Source: a virus. Taken from it: 64,000 nucleotides of DNA. The position numbers were made by a program, and so were the translations under genes. The DNA is taken from IMG/VR virus record IMGVR_UViG_3300025324_000011, positions 1 through 64,000 of that record. The stretch is one strand, 5' to 3'. The notes under the pieces are model-generated. The model was given only the letters and a program-made list of their open reading frames with translations, was not told the origin of the DNA and did not search any database. This document shows, one piece after another, positions 52,442 through 63,704 of this stretch. Positions within the stretch are counted from its first letter, which is position 1, and the number at the start of each line of letters is the position of its first letter.

Positions 52442-53372
52442 CGGATGAAATCCTCATTGCGGTTAAAAAAAGAGCCAAGGCGACAACCGGAGGAGGAACG
52501 AAACCTTCGCCTTGGCTCTGTCGAAACCACCACTCTTTCACCGCCGCCCCCTCGCTTCCGCCCGTGATAGATGCGCCCTCTTAGATTCGCGGATGGCAGC
52601 CTGAGGAAACCCTTCGACTTCCGACCATTCTCCGTCATCTGCCAAGGCTGCCCATTTTCCGTCTCGACGCTGCAACCGATCTGTCATTAGATAGGATACA
52701 ACTTCAGCATCGTCCGCCACAACCCGAGATGCGAGCATCTCGGTCAACCGTTCCTCGGTCGCCAAGATCGCCTCTTCGGGAGTAGAAAACCCGGTGCCGG
52801 CCGCATGGAGAGAGGTGAACGATCCACCGCCTTCTGCGATTTTGCACAGCCACAAGGAGGAATCATGGCCGATGGGCTCGGGCCGCATACGGATGCCTTG
52901 AGCAAGACGCGCGACCATTACGGCGAACGGATTGGGTGCTACGGCCATCGGTCTCTATTCTAGAACCACTGCGGCGTTTGATGCAACCCGAAGGATGATG
53001 GGCAGTGATCGGACCCGCACTTAAAGCTCACTGCGTATTGAGCGATGTCTATCCACTTTTCCGAACCGCATCCGATATTCCTGCTCCATGTGCCAGCAGT
53101 TTCTCGCTCAGCTCCCTTACCTTATCCATCAACCACAGCATGGCCTCCCGTTCGCGAAGGTAGTGGCCGCAAGGGAGTCCGTTATCTCTATTCCATGCAA
53201 TCTTCCCGTTTAGCCATTGGACGCGAGTCAAGGTAATCTTGAATACCCCATCTTCATTGATTTGTAGGTAGGACCTCCGCCTCCCTCTTCTATCCGCTGA
53301 AGGCGCTCAGCTTGGCGCATCTTGTTTCGTTGGCGAGATGCAATGGACATGATGCAACCTCCGAAGTTGAAG

Positions 53373-53444
53373 TGGGGCCAGCAGGGATCGAACCTGCGAC
53401 CATCCGCTTAAGAGGCGGCAGCTCTACCGCTGAGCTATGGCCCC
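53373..53444 (-). tRNA. tRNA-Lys(CTT), 3' CCA not encoded
   Basis: GGGGCCA acceptor stem, D arm GCTC/GAGC, anticodon loop CTCTTAA, T loop TTCGATC; followed by CTT. Confidence 0.92.
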
Positions 53445-54165
53445 ATGGTTTTTAATACATCGTCCCATTTACCACCCCTCCGCGCGCCGACGATTGACGC
53501 GGTGCCCGCAATCGATGCAGGTGACGCCCCGCGTGTAAATACCACCCCCGCTCGACTCCGAGTCGTCCCTTCCCCATGTTCCCGCCATCCTCACCTTCGC
53601 GTAAAACTCAAATCCGGAGGTACCTCCGCAGTGCGGGCAGCACATTATCTGGGCGCTCTTTTTCATTTCTCTCCGTCCCTTCATTTCGTCACCCATGCAC
53701 CCCAACGATCAAACTTGATGGGCGAGCAGAAAATCTCGCAATCCAATCCATTCCTTGTTTCGCCAGCAGCTCGCAACGTAGATTCTCGGATCTTTCAGGT
53801 TGTGGCCTAATTAGCACGGGTCAAGACGCGCCCATACAATGGACTCGCCGTCCGTGCCGCGCTCGATTGATGTACTGACACGATAGTGTCGCCGTACATA
53901 TCGCTTGTCGTTGTAATAATGGACGATCGACCTCTGGAGCCGCCTGACCTCGGTGGTCGGCACCGGGATGGGCCAATAGAGGAGTGGATTCCTCCGCGCC
54001 TCCGGGCTCGCCATCACCTCCTCGAGTCTCCTGTACACCTCCCGCCATCGGTCTCGGTCGTTGAGATGACGGGGAGGGATTGCTAAGCGCTGCTCTACGT
54101 CCATGGTTGACGCCTCCCGCGTAACATGCTAACATAGGACCGCCATGAGATGCAAGCGCCAACAG

Positions 54166-54291
54166 ATCCAACGCCTTGAATCCAAGTTTCCGTAGAGATC
54201 CAAGGAAATGGACTGACCGGCGCTAGATCTAGTGCATGAGGCCATAGACACCACTATATGTTGTGTTGGCGCTGTTGGCACAGGTGCTGCA
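54166..54291 (+). promoter_or_regulatory. composite promoter B
   Basis: Palindromes at 54166, 54180 (half), 54198; boxes CGCTAGATCTAGTG at 54221 and CACTATATGTTGTG at 54252; TGGCACAGGTGCTGCA with GG at 54277 and GC at 54289. Confidence 0.8.
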
Positions 54292-54363
54292 TTAGTATGG
54301 ACTCAGGACGGACAAAGGACAGACCAGAAGCGAGACAGGATAAACAACGGAAGAGAGGACAAA

Positions 54364-57300
54364 ATGAGACTGACCAAGGCAGACCACGAGAAGATTAACA
54401 AGCTGGCTGACAAGTACTACGATTGCCGCGACCGAGAGGGCAGGACGCACGAAGAGGCAGTCTCTGAGGTCTTCGAGCTGTCATCTGAGATTAGTGCATC
54501 TATGCACCTTGTCCGGATCACTCTTTCTACTATTGCAGTGGTCTAAACCGACCAACCAGCGCGGATTAAGGAGATGATGTCATGAGCATTCTCGCATACC
54601 GCGACTTCGTCCCTGGTGTAACCGTCAAGCTTACGGGTAACTTCCTCATCTCAACAGGACAACGCAAAGGCGGCGAAGGCTCAAAGCGTTGGACAGTCTT
54701 AGCCTGCACTTGCGGTCTATGCCGTAGCAACAAACATGTTGCAGTCAATGAGCCTTCAATGTCAATCTTCACTCCAGAGGAGATAGCTAAAGAGCCCAGG
54801 ATTGTCCATCGTCACATTGCAAAAGAGAACCTCGCGATTGTCGGACAATTGGACCATCGTAACTGTGGAGATGTCTATGCAGGGCAGACGATGGAGGGGC
54901 TCATAGCAGGGAGAAAGCCTCTAGGATCAAGGCCGATAGATACAGAGCCCGAGCCTGAGACTAAGCCTGCAAAGCCATGCCCCGATGAACAGGAGGCTTG
55001 AAGTAGATGTCAACCACAATTAACACTATCCGAGAATTCAAAGCAAGATCTGTCTCGCTTTTTGAGAATAACAACTACCTCCAACGCGGAACCACTATTA
55101 CGTGGCGTGGAGCCAGGAAGACAACTTGGCGCGGCGGATCATCTGGATTCAGTGGGGAGTTCGAAGTCTCACATCCGTCACACAAAACTGTCCTTATTGT
55201 AGCATCTTACGACGATGAAGGACTAACAATAAGATGAGCCAAAATGCTCTGCCGTGTTATATCCTCTGCCGAACCCCCACCTTGCGCGCCCATGCCGCCG
55301 CCGATGTCGTTGCTCCCGCAAGCCTAGAAGAGGTCGCTGAGGGGGTGCTTGAAATTCTTCGCGCGAGCATGGAGGGTGCGCCATGAGCGCAGGAGTCTCG
55401 GAGAGGGGAGTTGGGATGTCTTCCCCGACCTTCCGCCCAGGCGATCGAATCGAATGGCGCCAAGGACCGCGAGGACTGCGCCGCAGCGGCGTTGTCGTCT
55501 CGGCGCGCAATCAGATTGCCAGACTGCAAGTGCGCCGCGATTCGACGGGCGAGCTTTGCTATGTTACTCCAAGCGCCAACCCGGTGGTCTTGACAGAAGA
55601 AAGACAACAGGACCTCGGACTCGTCAACACCCCTTACGGGTGGGAGTGAGATCGCATGAACACTGCCGCTTGTCACGCCCGCGCCGTCAGCAACGGCATC
55701 AGGCTCGCCATGTCCAGCCGCACGGGCCGCGAGTCCCTAGATCGCTTCTGGCGACTCCTGCGGCGGTTACAGCGCCTGCCGATGGGCGACCTACGCCTCT
55801 TGGCGGGCAACCTGCGGCTCGCTTGGAGTCCACTCAGGGGCCGTACGGAGCTGGCCTCCAAGCTGGCCTTAGAGGGCGAGATCCGCTACGCCAGTCGATC
55901 AATGGCCGGTCCTGACGGATCAATCAGATACGCCCTGACGAGTCCATCTCGACGGCATCATGATGCCGCCTTTCTTCGCGCTCCTAGTGGACGCATGTGT
56001 TTCCTGTTGGGGGCGCGCCGATGAACCTCTTTTCGAACCGTCTTTTTGTTACAGGCGTATTCGCAGGCATCGCTTATGGCTCCGCGATGTTTGGGCTAGG
56101 GTACGCGACGGGCAGAGACGCGTACAGGCCGCGGAACTTGATCTGTATCACGCCATTGGATGACAACGCGGTGCGAATCACGCACTATCGTCTAGATGGC
56201 AGCATGGCAACCGAGGACACCCTGACAGATAACGACGCGAAGACAGGGTGGGCAATTCCGGGCTGGGCGGCCGAAACCCTGGGGCAGAGATGACCCGCAC
56301 CGGTAAAAAGGAGACGTGAAAATGGATATGCAAGGGCCAGCCGTCACGCAAGTCGGCTCCAAGCCTAGCTACTCGGATAGCCACAAGGAGACTTTAATGG
56401 ACGCGGCCGCTCTGCTCTGGCTGGACAACCAGATCCTCAGGACCAAGATCAGCCGGCTCGAAGCGGCTCTCCGCTGGGCTGAATGCGAGCGCGATGCCGC
56501 AAAGGCTGCGGTCGCTGATAATTTGGGCATCGGTACCCTCTACGCTGTACTGGATGATGCCGTCCAGCGCCTCGGCACCCGGGAAGTTGCTGGCCTTTGC
56601 GGGGCGGTGAGCTTCCCGGAGATGGCGAGCGCTTCAAGACTGACGGGTGGCGCCCAGCCCTGAGCCCCCGCCCCTCTCCTCTCAGAGGGGAGCGGCGAGC
56701 GCTCAACGGAGAGCGCCAATCGCTGCTGGACGAAACCCAAGGGAACCCACCCGTGGGCCAGCGAGGAGAACGCCATGAACCCAACGGAGATGAAGCCGGC
56801 GTCAAAGGCAATGCAGGACTTCTTGGAAGGAAAGACCGATCGAGAAGAAGTAGACGATCCCTACTACAGTGAGATGGAAACGGCTCTCAGGTCGGCAGAT
56901 GAACAGTGGTTCGAGGTCACGGGCTCTTCACCGAAGGTTGGGGGAGGATGGGATGACCTAATGGCATCTCTGTCGAGGCGGTTTACGCAGCCACGCGGTA
57001 CGGACCGTTTCGAAGTCAGGACGGTCCCGGCTGGCCGGGATCTCAAGGGAGATCCAACGGAGCGGGAGTTCATTCGGTACACCTGCGGGGTGACAGGCGA
57101 GAAGATCGACTGAGGTATCCTGAGCTACCACTGGTCTTTAGGAGATGAGCATGGCGACGCAAGAACAGATTACGGAGGACCTGCTTGAGAATCGCCTTTT
57201 GCTCGACCATTACCCGCGGACGCGTGTCTGCTGGTACAACACCGCGCCGTTGCATCCAGAGACAAACGAAGGGAGATTGGAAGCTGTCACGCTCGACGCT

Positions 57301-59566
57301 GTGCCACGGGTAAGTGATCTTGTGATGTTCGGAAAGTCCAACCTTACCCGTGAAGCATGTTTGTTGGTATCCGGATACCTGCAAGGTCTGGGTGACTTGC
57401 CAAGCGACAGGAGCCACGAACGATGTCACGGCCGACCGAGAAGACCACCCACTACTTGCCCGGCCCAAGTCTGGCAGCGAGGCGGAGCGTGCGCTGCAAC
57501 GGATCGAGCAGAGACTCATGGATCACGGATTTAACCTGACTTGAACTTTGCCGGCGAAGGAGAGACCGACGTGAGCGATATGCAAGGACCCGCCGTCAAC
57601 AAGCCTCAGAAGGCCGCGCTGTGGTTGTACGAGACCGAGACCTGGTTTCTCCTAGAGCTTCTCAAAGACACGAGAAATCGTTTTTGGACAACTACGACTG
57701 CGAGAGGTGTACAGCTTGAAGAAGTGGAGCAGAAACTCGAGAAGGTTCTCGAAGGCTATAGGCGGCAGAACACAGAATCGGCTCCAAGAGAAGATTCGCG
57801 AGACCTGGCCGTCCGGATGGAAAAGGCAGAAACCAGACTCAATGAACAGGCTCGCATGATCAACTTTATGAGGAACTACCTGATCGACCTTGAGAACAAG
57901 CAGACCGCGAGCCCGATGTTTGACCGCGATGAGCTTTCCCGTCTACGCAGCGCTTTGGAATGCGAGCTACGCACGTGGACCAAAGAATCACAGGAGGCAG
58001 GAGAGGGAAAGGAGATCAGAGAGTTGTATGTCAAGGTGTGCAGGCTTGCCGGGTGTGGTCTTCGTGATGATGAGCTGGAGCTAGGCTATTAAAAAGACCG
58101 AAGCCCTGCCGGTACCTCCTGCCAGTCTGGGGGAGGTGCCGAGAGGGCTCCGGAATAGGGAACTCCACTTTTGGGCCAGCAAGGAGAAAGTCATGACCGA
58201 TAATGAGATTGGCAAAAGGGTTACCTGGGAAGGCGGTCACTGGATCGTCCGAGCGCGCTTACAAAGAGATTGGTTTGAGCTTGAGCACGACGATGGACGC
58301 ATTAGGCAGGCACATCGTCGGGACATCTGCGGGCTGGCATATCTCCGCGCCGGAAAGGAAAGCTCATGAAGATCATCGATCAATGGCGGGCCGATGACGA
58401 AGTTTTCCGCCTGACGACCGAAGATGACGGCACGCATCGCTTGGAATGCCGTCCTGTTACCTCGGGCGGTGGCGCTTGGCGTGATGTAACCGGGGACAGC
58501 GAGGCATTGCTCGTCAGGATTGAGGAGTTGGCCTCCGCTATCGAGATCCTCGTAAAGACGGCGCGGTACGGCCTGCTCCCGCTTCCCTCAAGGCTTGATT
58601 ATCCAGATCTACTAGAGCCCGGAATCGAGGGGGCACCATGATTTCGGCGCTACATAAGCAGGGACGGCGAGCGCCGAAGCTGAAATCACGGCAGCCGCGC
58701 ATCGTTGACGGAATCGTTACTCACGAGCTGAGCGATGTCTCTAAGACTCAGGCCGTCTCTGTCGCAACATTTTTCGGCACCTTTGATATCGCTGGGGCAG
58801 AGATTTACGATCCTGCGCCGTCTTCGCGATTGCCAGAGGTTGGCTCTTGGGCGATGATTACTCGCAGACTTCCAGCCATCGAGGGCGGCGTTGACAAGCA
58901 CTTCAGGGTAGGGCGATGCTTCTATTTGGAGCGCTCGGGTAACACCGACTCAAAGGGCTTCGGCCCCCGCGGCATTTATAAAGTAAAATGCCATTCTCCG
59001 TGGGGTGACGTCTCTTTATTCCCCTACGAATACAGCACCATCTCGATTCCCATGCTAATCGAGCTATGGGGCTCTGGGGAATTGATCTTCCACCCTACCG
59101 CAGTTGATCCATTGCGATTGAATCAGGTTGTATTCTATGCACGCTCGCGCGGCCTCTCGCTTGCGGATGCGGCGGTGTTGGCACTCGGAACTATCACTGC
59201 GCCGGTTGGCTGGTTTGAGCCGCGCGCAGATCTCGCGGAAGAATGCGAAGAGATGGAACGCCGCATTCATGCGCGGAAGCCGCCGCGGCGCTTCGGAATT
59301 CACGACATCGCAATCAAAGGGATATCGCCATGAACAATTGGCCTGATCGAACAGATGAAGTCTGGAGGAAATGGCGGGCGTTGCCAGACAATCAAGAGCG
59401 ATGCGTAGCCGTTGCTCGATTCTTCGGAGCCTTGGCGGCCGGATCGCCTACGGAACGGGCTACGACCATCCTGCGCCTTTTGGAATTGGCAATTGACAAG
59501 CAGGCGGGAGCGGATATCCGCTGGCCTGCCGTGACGGATGCGCTTACAGGAGGAAACAATCCATGA
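54364..59566 (+). other. cluster of ~15 small hypothetical genes (early/host-takeover-like)
   Basis: Tightly packed ORFs with strong RBSs (e.g. 54364, 54582, 55007, 56316, 56775, 57571, 58366, 58638) after promoter B. Confidence 0.6.
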
Positions 59567-60441
59567 GCGAAGCGCTTGCTGTAACCTATACGGTGACCGC
59601 CGAAGACATCGCGGCGAAGCGATTGGCCTACGATGTCCTTGCGGCAGATACGCCGCAGGGATACGAATCCGTGCGAGTCGCTATCGCAGATTGTAGGGCG
59701 ACCCGCACCTCCATCGAAAAACGGAGAGTCGAACTGAAGGCGGACGCATTGGCTTTTGGGCGGCGCGTCGATTCGATCGCAAGGGAATTGACATCCCTGA
59801 TCGAATCGATCGAAGAGCCGCTGAGGCTCAAAAAGGCGGCCGTGGATGACGCAAGGGAACGCGCCAAGGCGGAGAAGGAAGCCGAGGCACGGCGCATCGT
59901 TGAAGAGGAATTGCGAATCGAAAGGGAGGCGAGGGAGACTCAGGAGCACGCTGCGCGGGAAGCCGAGGAGAAGCGGCTGGCAGAGGAGCGCGAAAGACTG
60001 GCCGCAGAACGCGCCGAGATCGAACGGCAGCGCGCGGAATCGGAGGCAAGGGAAAGGGCCGCATCCGAAGCACTGAGAGCAGAGAAGGAAGCCCTGGAGA
60101 CGGAGCGACAGCGCCTCGAAGCCGAGAAGCGGGCCGCTGAGCATGCAGAGTTTGAGCGGCTCGCAAAGATCCGCGCCGAAGCAGAGGCGAAGGAGCTGGC
60201 GCGCTTGGCGGTAATCGCCGCCGAGGAAGAGCGGATCGCTGAGGCGGAGCGTGCCGAGGGGCACCGCAAGCGCTTGGAGGCCCTGAAGCCCGACAAGGAC
60301 AAGCTCGCCGCCTTCGCCGCCCGCCTACGCGAAGCGGAGGCCCCTATCGTCAAGACGCGAGATGGTAAGCGAGCACTGGCGGTGGCGGTCGCTGCGCTCG
60401 AAGAGATCGCCACTGCCTTGGAGGCGTTCGGCTCGCCATGA
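59563..60441 (+). CDS. long coiled-coil phage protein (DUF1351-like N-terminus)
   Basis: RTSIEKRRVELKA..GRRVD..IEEPL, then an E/A/R-rich helix. Confidence 0.65.
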   Translation: MSEALAVTYTVTAEDIAAKRLAYDVLAADTPQGYESVRVAIADCRATRTSIEKRRVELKADALAFGRRVDSIARELTSLIESIEEPLRLKKAAVDDARERAKAEKEAEARRIVEEELRIEREARETQEHAAREAEEKRLAEERERLAAERAEIERQRAESEARERAASEALRAEKEALETERQRLEAEKRAAEHAEFERLAKIRAEAEAKELARLAVIAAEEERIAEAERAEGHRKRLEALKPDKDKLAAFAARLREAEAPIVKTRDGKRALAVAVAALEEIATALEAFGSP

Positions 60442-60451
60442 ACCCGATTCG

Positions 60452-60578
60452 ATCCAATTCCTTGGATTCAAGACGCTGGATTTTATCCAGGGAATTGGAT
60501 GCCGATATCCTAGATGCGGTAGCGTTGACTGCCTGCACCACCATATGTGGTGTTGGCGCAGTTGGCATGATGGCTGCA
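60452..60578 (+). promoter_or_regulatory. composite promoter C
   Basis: Palindromes at 60452, 60466, 60485; boxes at 60508 (weak) and CACCATATGTGGTG at 60539; TGGCATGATGGCTGCA with GG at 60564 and GC at 60576. Confidence 0.8.
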
Positions 60579-61397
60579 ATAGATAGGGACCGAGACGACA
60601 AAACGGAGCCAAAACCAAAGGAGATGGCCGCCATGAAAATCGGGACTCAAATCTACTACACGGGCGACTGTGCCAATGAACCCGGGGTCTTTTACGTGAG
60701 TGAGGTCTTCCCGGCTGGTTACTTCACCCTGAGTGAGCGCGGATGGGATGGGGCGGGTCGTATCATTCGCGGTGTTCGACCGTCACAGGTCGGTAGCCAG
60801 TACGAGGGGCACTGCGACCCCCGCTTTGTCCTACTGGACGCCGTAGAGGCTTGGCGGGCGCAGCGCGCGTAGAGACGCTAGATCCTCCACGGTAGGGTGT
60901 ACCGCACCCCGCCGCGGGCGATCCAGCCCAGGGCCGAAACCAAAGGAGACGGCAATGCGCTACAGCATCTACAGCAGCTCGACAGGACAGCACGTCGGAA
61001 TCTACGCCGCAACGAGCGAGGATGGAGCGCTGGTCGCTCTGCTCGCGGACAAAGCAGACAACGCACAATACTGCCGCGAATTTCGGGCCGATCAGTGGCG
61101 CATCCGGCCGCTGCTCTCCCGCACTGGCGCCAAGCAGACCGCGCACCGGGAATCTCACATGTATCGTCAAGGTCGCGGGTGGATCGTCTCAACCTGGGAT
61201 GAGTGCGTGCAATGCCATCGCCTCTCGCATGAGCTGCCGTTCTTCGAGGCTCGCCAGCAGCTCGCGGAGTGGCGGCAGCAGAGAGCGGCCTACCTCTGCG
61301 GTGAGGACAACTGATCGTCCAACTAGCCGCGTTGAAAGCAAAAGGATTGGAACTGAAACCATCGGCCCGCGGGCCACAAACCAAAGAGGAGTATGAC

Positions 61398-62239
61398 ATG
61401 AGACTCAAGATCGCCTTTGTCCTGTTCATCGCCGCCCTGCTGCTGGGGTTTGCGGGGAACGCCTTCGCGCAGGCCACAACGCCTCAGCAGATCCGCGCAG
61501 CGCTGCTTAATGACGGCACGGTGAGCCTTGTGTTTCGCGGGCGGATCGTTCGCACTCCAGCGGGCGTCGCGTCCAGTGAAGCCTTGCCTCCGGCGCTCGG
61601 CAAGGTCGGCTATGTCATGGCCGCGTTGCCGCCCGGTGTCCACCCGAACAAACGATCCATCTATGAACTGCTCTGCCTCTATCCCGACCTGATCGAGTTC
61701 GCCGCATCCGAAGGCTGCGAATATCTGAGCGAAGCTGGCCTGCCGGTGGAGGTGACGGTCTACCTCATCGGTTACGCAGAGGGTGAACACTTTGAGACCC
61801 ACCTAGTAGCAACGAAAATCAAGCCGCTTCGCCATTGAGGCAACGCAGCCTAGATGGGGGGAATTGTCCCCAATAACTGGAAGGCCGTATCTTCTGAAGG
61901 AGTAGATTTATGTTGCGTAGCGCGATCGTTGCCGCAGTCGTCATCGCTCTTTGCCTTTGCTCTCCAGCGAGCGCCGCAAGCTTCGGGACGCTCAACGGCG
62001 TTGTCATTGGCAAGGAAATCAGTTACGGACCGAGCGGTCTAATCAACCAGATCCTTTTGATTCTCGACACCCAGGATGGCATGTATTGGTCCGTCACTTG
62101 CCGCCGCGCTGAAGCGAACCTAGGAAGGTGCATCAACGTCGAGCAGCTAGATATCGTCTCCGTCGATGGTGTCTTCAGGGCGGGACCCACTGGGCCAGCC
62201 TCGCACCTCCTGTCCCCTCTATCGCTGTTCATCCTCTAG
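61398..62239 (+). CDS. two secreted proteins (61398-61838, 61910-62239)
   Basis: Signal peptides ending AFA/Q and ASA/A. Confidence 0.6.
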
Positions 62240-62593
62240 CTTCTCGTCCCCAAGCAACTGCCGCAGCGAGGCAGGCTGCGGCAGTTGCTCCTGCCGCATT
62301 CCGAATAATGGACCGAGAGCAGATACGAATACTTCGCGAAATTCCGCGTTCTCAGTTCTTCCTCTTTGTGATGTTTCAGCCCCACGATTCGCCGCCTGAA
62401 TTACATGTCGTGAAATTCTCACACTTTCCGGAAAGTAGCATCCAGTCAATAGCCTCTCTTCTCCAGTGGCTGGATTCGATTCAACGATCCCGCTTTCTGG
62501 GCCGATCCAAGCGGGGCACTTTGAATCATTGCCAATCAGAGAATCGAGAATCGCGCGGACTCCGCATGACTGACAGATAACTGGATGCTGCAT
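62219..62593 (-). CDS. Cys-rich protein downstream of the tail fibre
   Basis: CQSC..KCPAW..GC; overlaps the tail-fibre stop. Confidence 0.6.
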   Translation of the reverse strand: MQHPVICQSCGVRAILDSLIGNDSKCPAWIGPESGIVESNPATGEERLLTGCYFPESVRISRHVIQAANRGAETSQRGRTENAEFREVFVSALGPLFGMRQEQLPQPASLRQLLGDEKLEDEQR

Positions 62594-63693
62594 TAGGTCA
62601 TCTTTCCGACAACTGCGTCGAGATAAGATGGCCGCCACGCGCCAGTTGAGGCGATCGAAGCAGCAGAAAGTCCATGGCTATGGCCTCCACTGCTACCAGT
62701 GGAGTTAGTTTGAAATGTGCTAACGATGCTAGCCGCATCATGAGTTCCGTATTCAAGAGCCTGGATGGCTCCAGAGGTTCCACTGTTCAGCGCTGAGATT
62801 GTATGAGTATGGGCCGGGATATCAGTCGTGGTAAGCGTATACGAATCAGTGCTCCCGCTAACACTCAGGCCCGAGACTGTCCAGCTCCCGCCAGTGCCGC
62901 CACCGGTTGTATTAACGATTCTCAAAACTTTATCATGGGCAGCTGTGTCCAATGTGAACATTGCGGGGACTGCGGATTGCGGGAAGATAAGCTTGTCTCC
63001 GGAACCGCCGGCCGCCAGCGCCACATACTTCAGCCCCGCCGCAGTTTCAAGCGCAGAAGTCGCCTGATTCCAGCGGAACCGCGGTTGATTCTGTGTGTAG
63101 AAATCCATTCGATGCGGAGTCGTCGCATGCGAACCGCAGTAGTAAACGATCCGCCCGCCGGCTGATTCTCCGGTGGTTGGATCAGAAAGCATTATTTGCA
63201 CGTTCGCATTGGCCGCCCCGATCAGGGAGAGCCAACACTCGGTAGCCGAGTTGCTATTCTGCGCCAATAACGCCGTGTAGGCGCTCGGAGTGATGAGCGC
63301 GCCAGAGAGGTGCGCGGTCTGGCGGGCAGTGAAAACGTTTGCCGCTGCAAGCAGGGCTAAAGCTTCAATCGGTGTGAAAACGATGATATCCCGCGTCCCG
63401 GCCCCCCAAGAAACGGCGCCGCCGGCATTCGAGGACTGATAGATCTCTACGCGAGTAATCGTCAGCGTCGCAGTATCAAGAATTCCGCGTCCTACCTCCA
63501 GGAGGTTTGCCGAACCTGCGGCGGTCCTGTCCTCCGCTGCGTAGAAGATCGTATCGCCGCTAGCAATCGATCCATCGGATACTGCGTCGGAGATCGTGCG
63601 GTATCCAGTCGTCGGGGTCTCGACATACGTATATGTCGAAGTACCGGTCGTGCTGGACGTGACCTTCGTCAAGGCTGGTGCTCGGAATGCCAT
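62593..63693 (-). CDS. tail fibre protein
   Basis: TKVTSSTTGT..EVGRG..R..QSSN N-terminus; collar-like TLTTTDIPAHTH..GGHSH. Confidence 0.8.
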   Translation of the reverse strand: MAFRAPALTKVTSSTTGTSTYTYVETPTTGYRTISDAVSDGSIASGDTIFYAAEDRTAAGSANLLEVGRGILDTATLTITRVEIYQSSNAGGAVSWGAGTRDIIVFTPIEALALLAAANVFTARQTAHLSGALITPSAYTALLAQNSNSATECWLSLIGAANANVQIMLSDPTTGESAGGRIVYYCGSHATTPHRMDFYTQNQPRFRWNQATSALETAAGLKYVALAAGGSGDKLIFPQSAVPAMFTLDTAAHDKVLRIVNTTGGGTGGSWTVSGLSVSGSTDSYTLTTTDIPAHTHTISALNSGTSGAIQALEYGTHDAASIVSTFQTNSTGSSGGHSHGLSAASIASTGAWRPSYLDAVVGKMT

Positions 63694-63704
63694 CTATTCC
63701 TCCG

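Noticed and set aside
60438-60632. N-terminal extension of ORF 60438-60872 (likewise 54232-54363)
   Set aside because: It overlaps the composite promoter; RBS-supported starts are 60633 and 54364.
61310-61362. hammerhead-like CTGA...GAAA
   Set aside because: Core is CTGATCG rather than CTGANGA, and the flanking stems are unconvincing.
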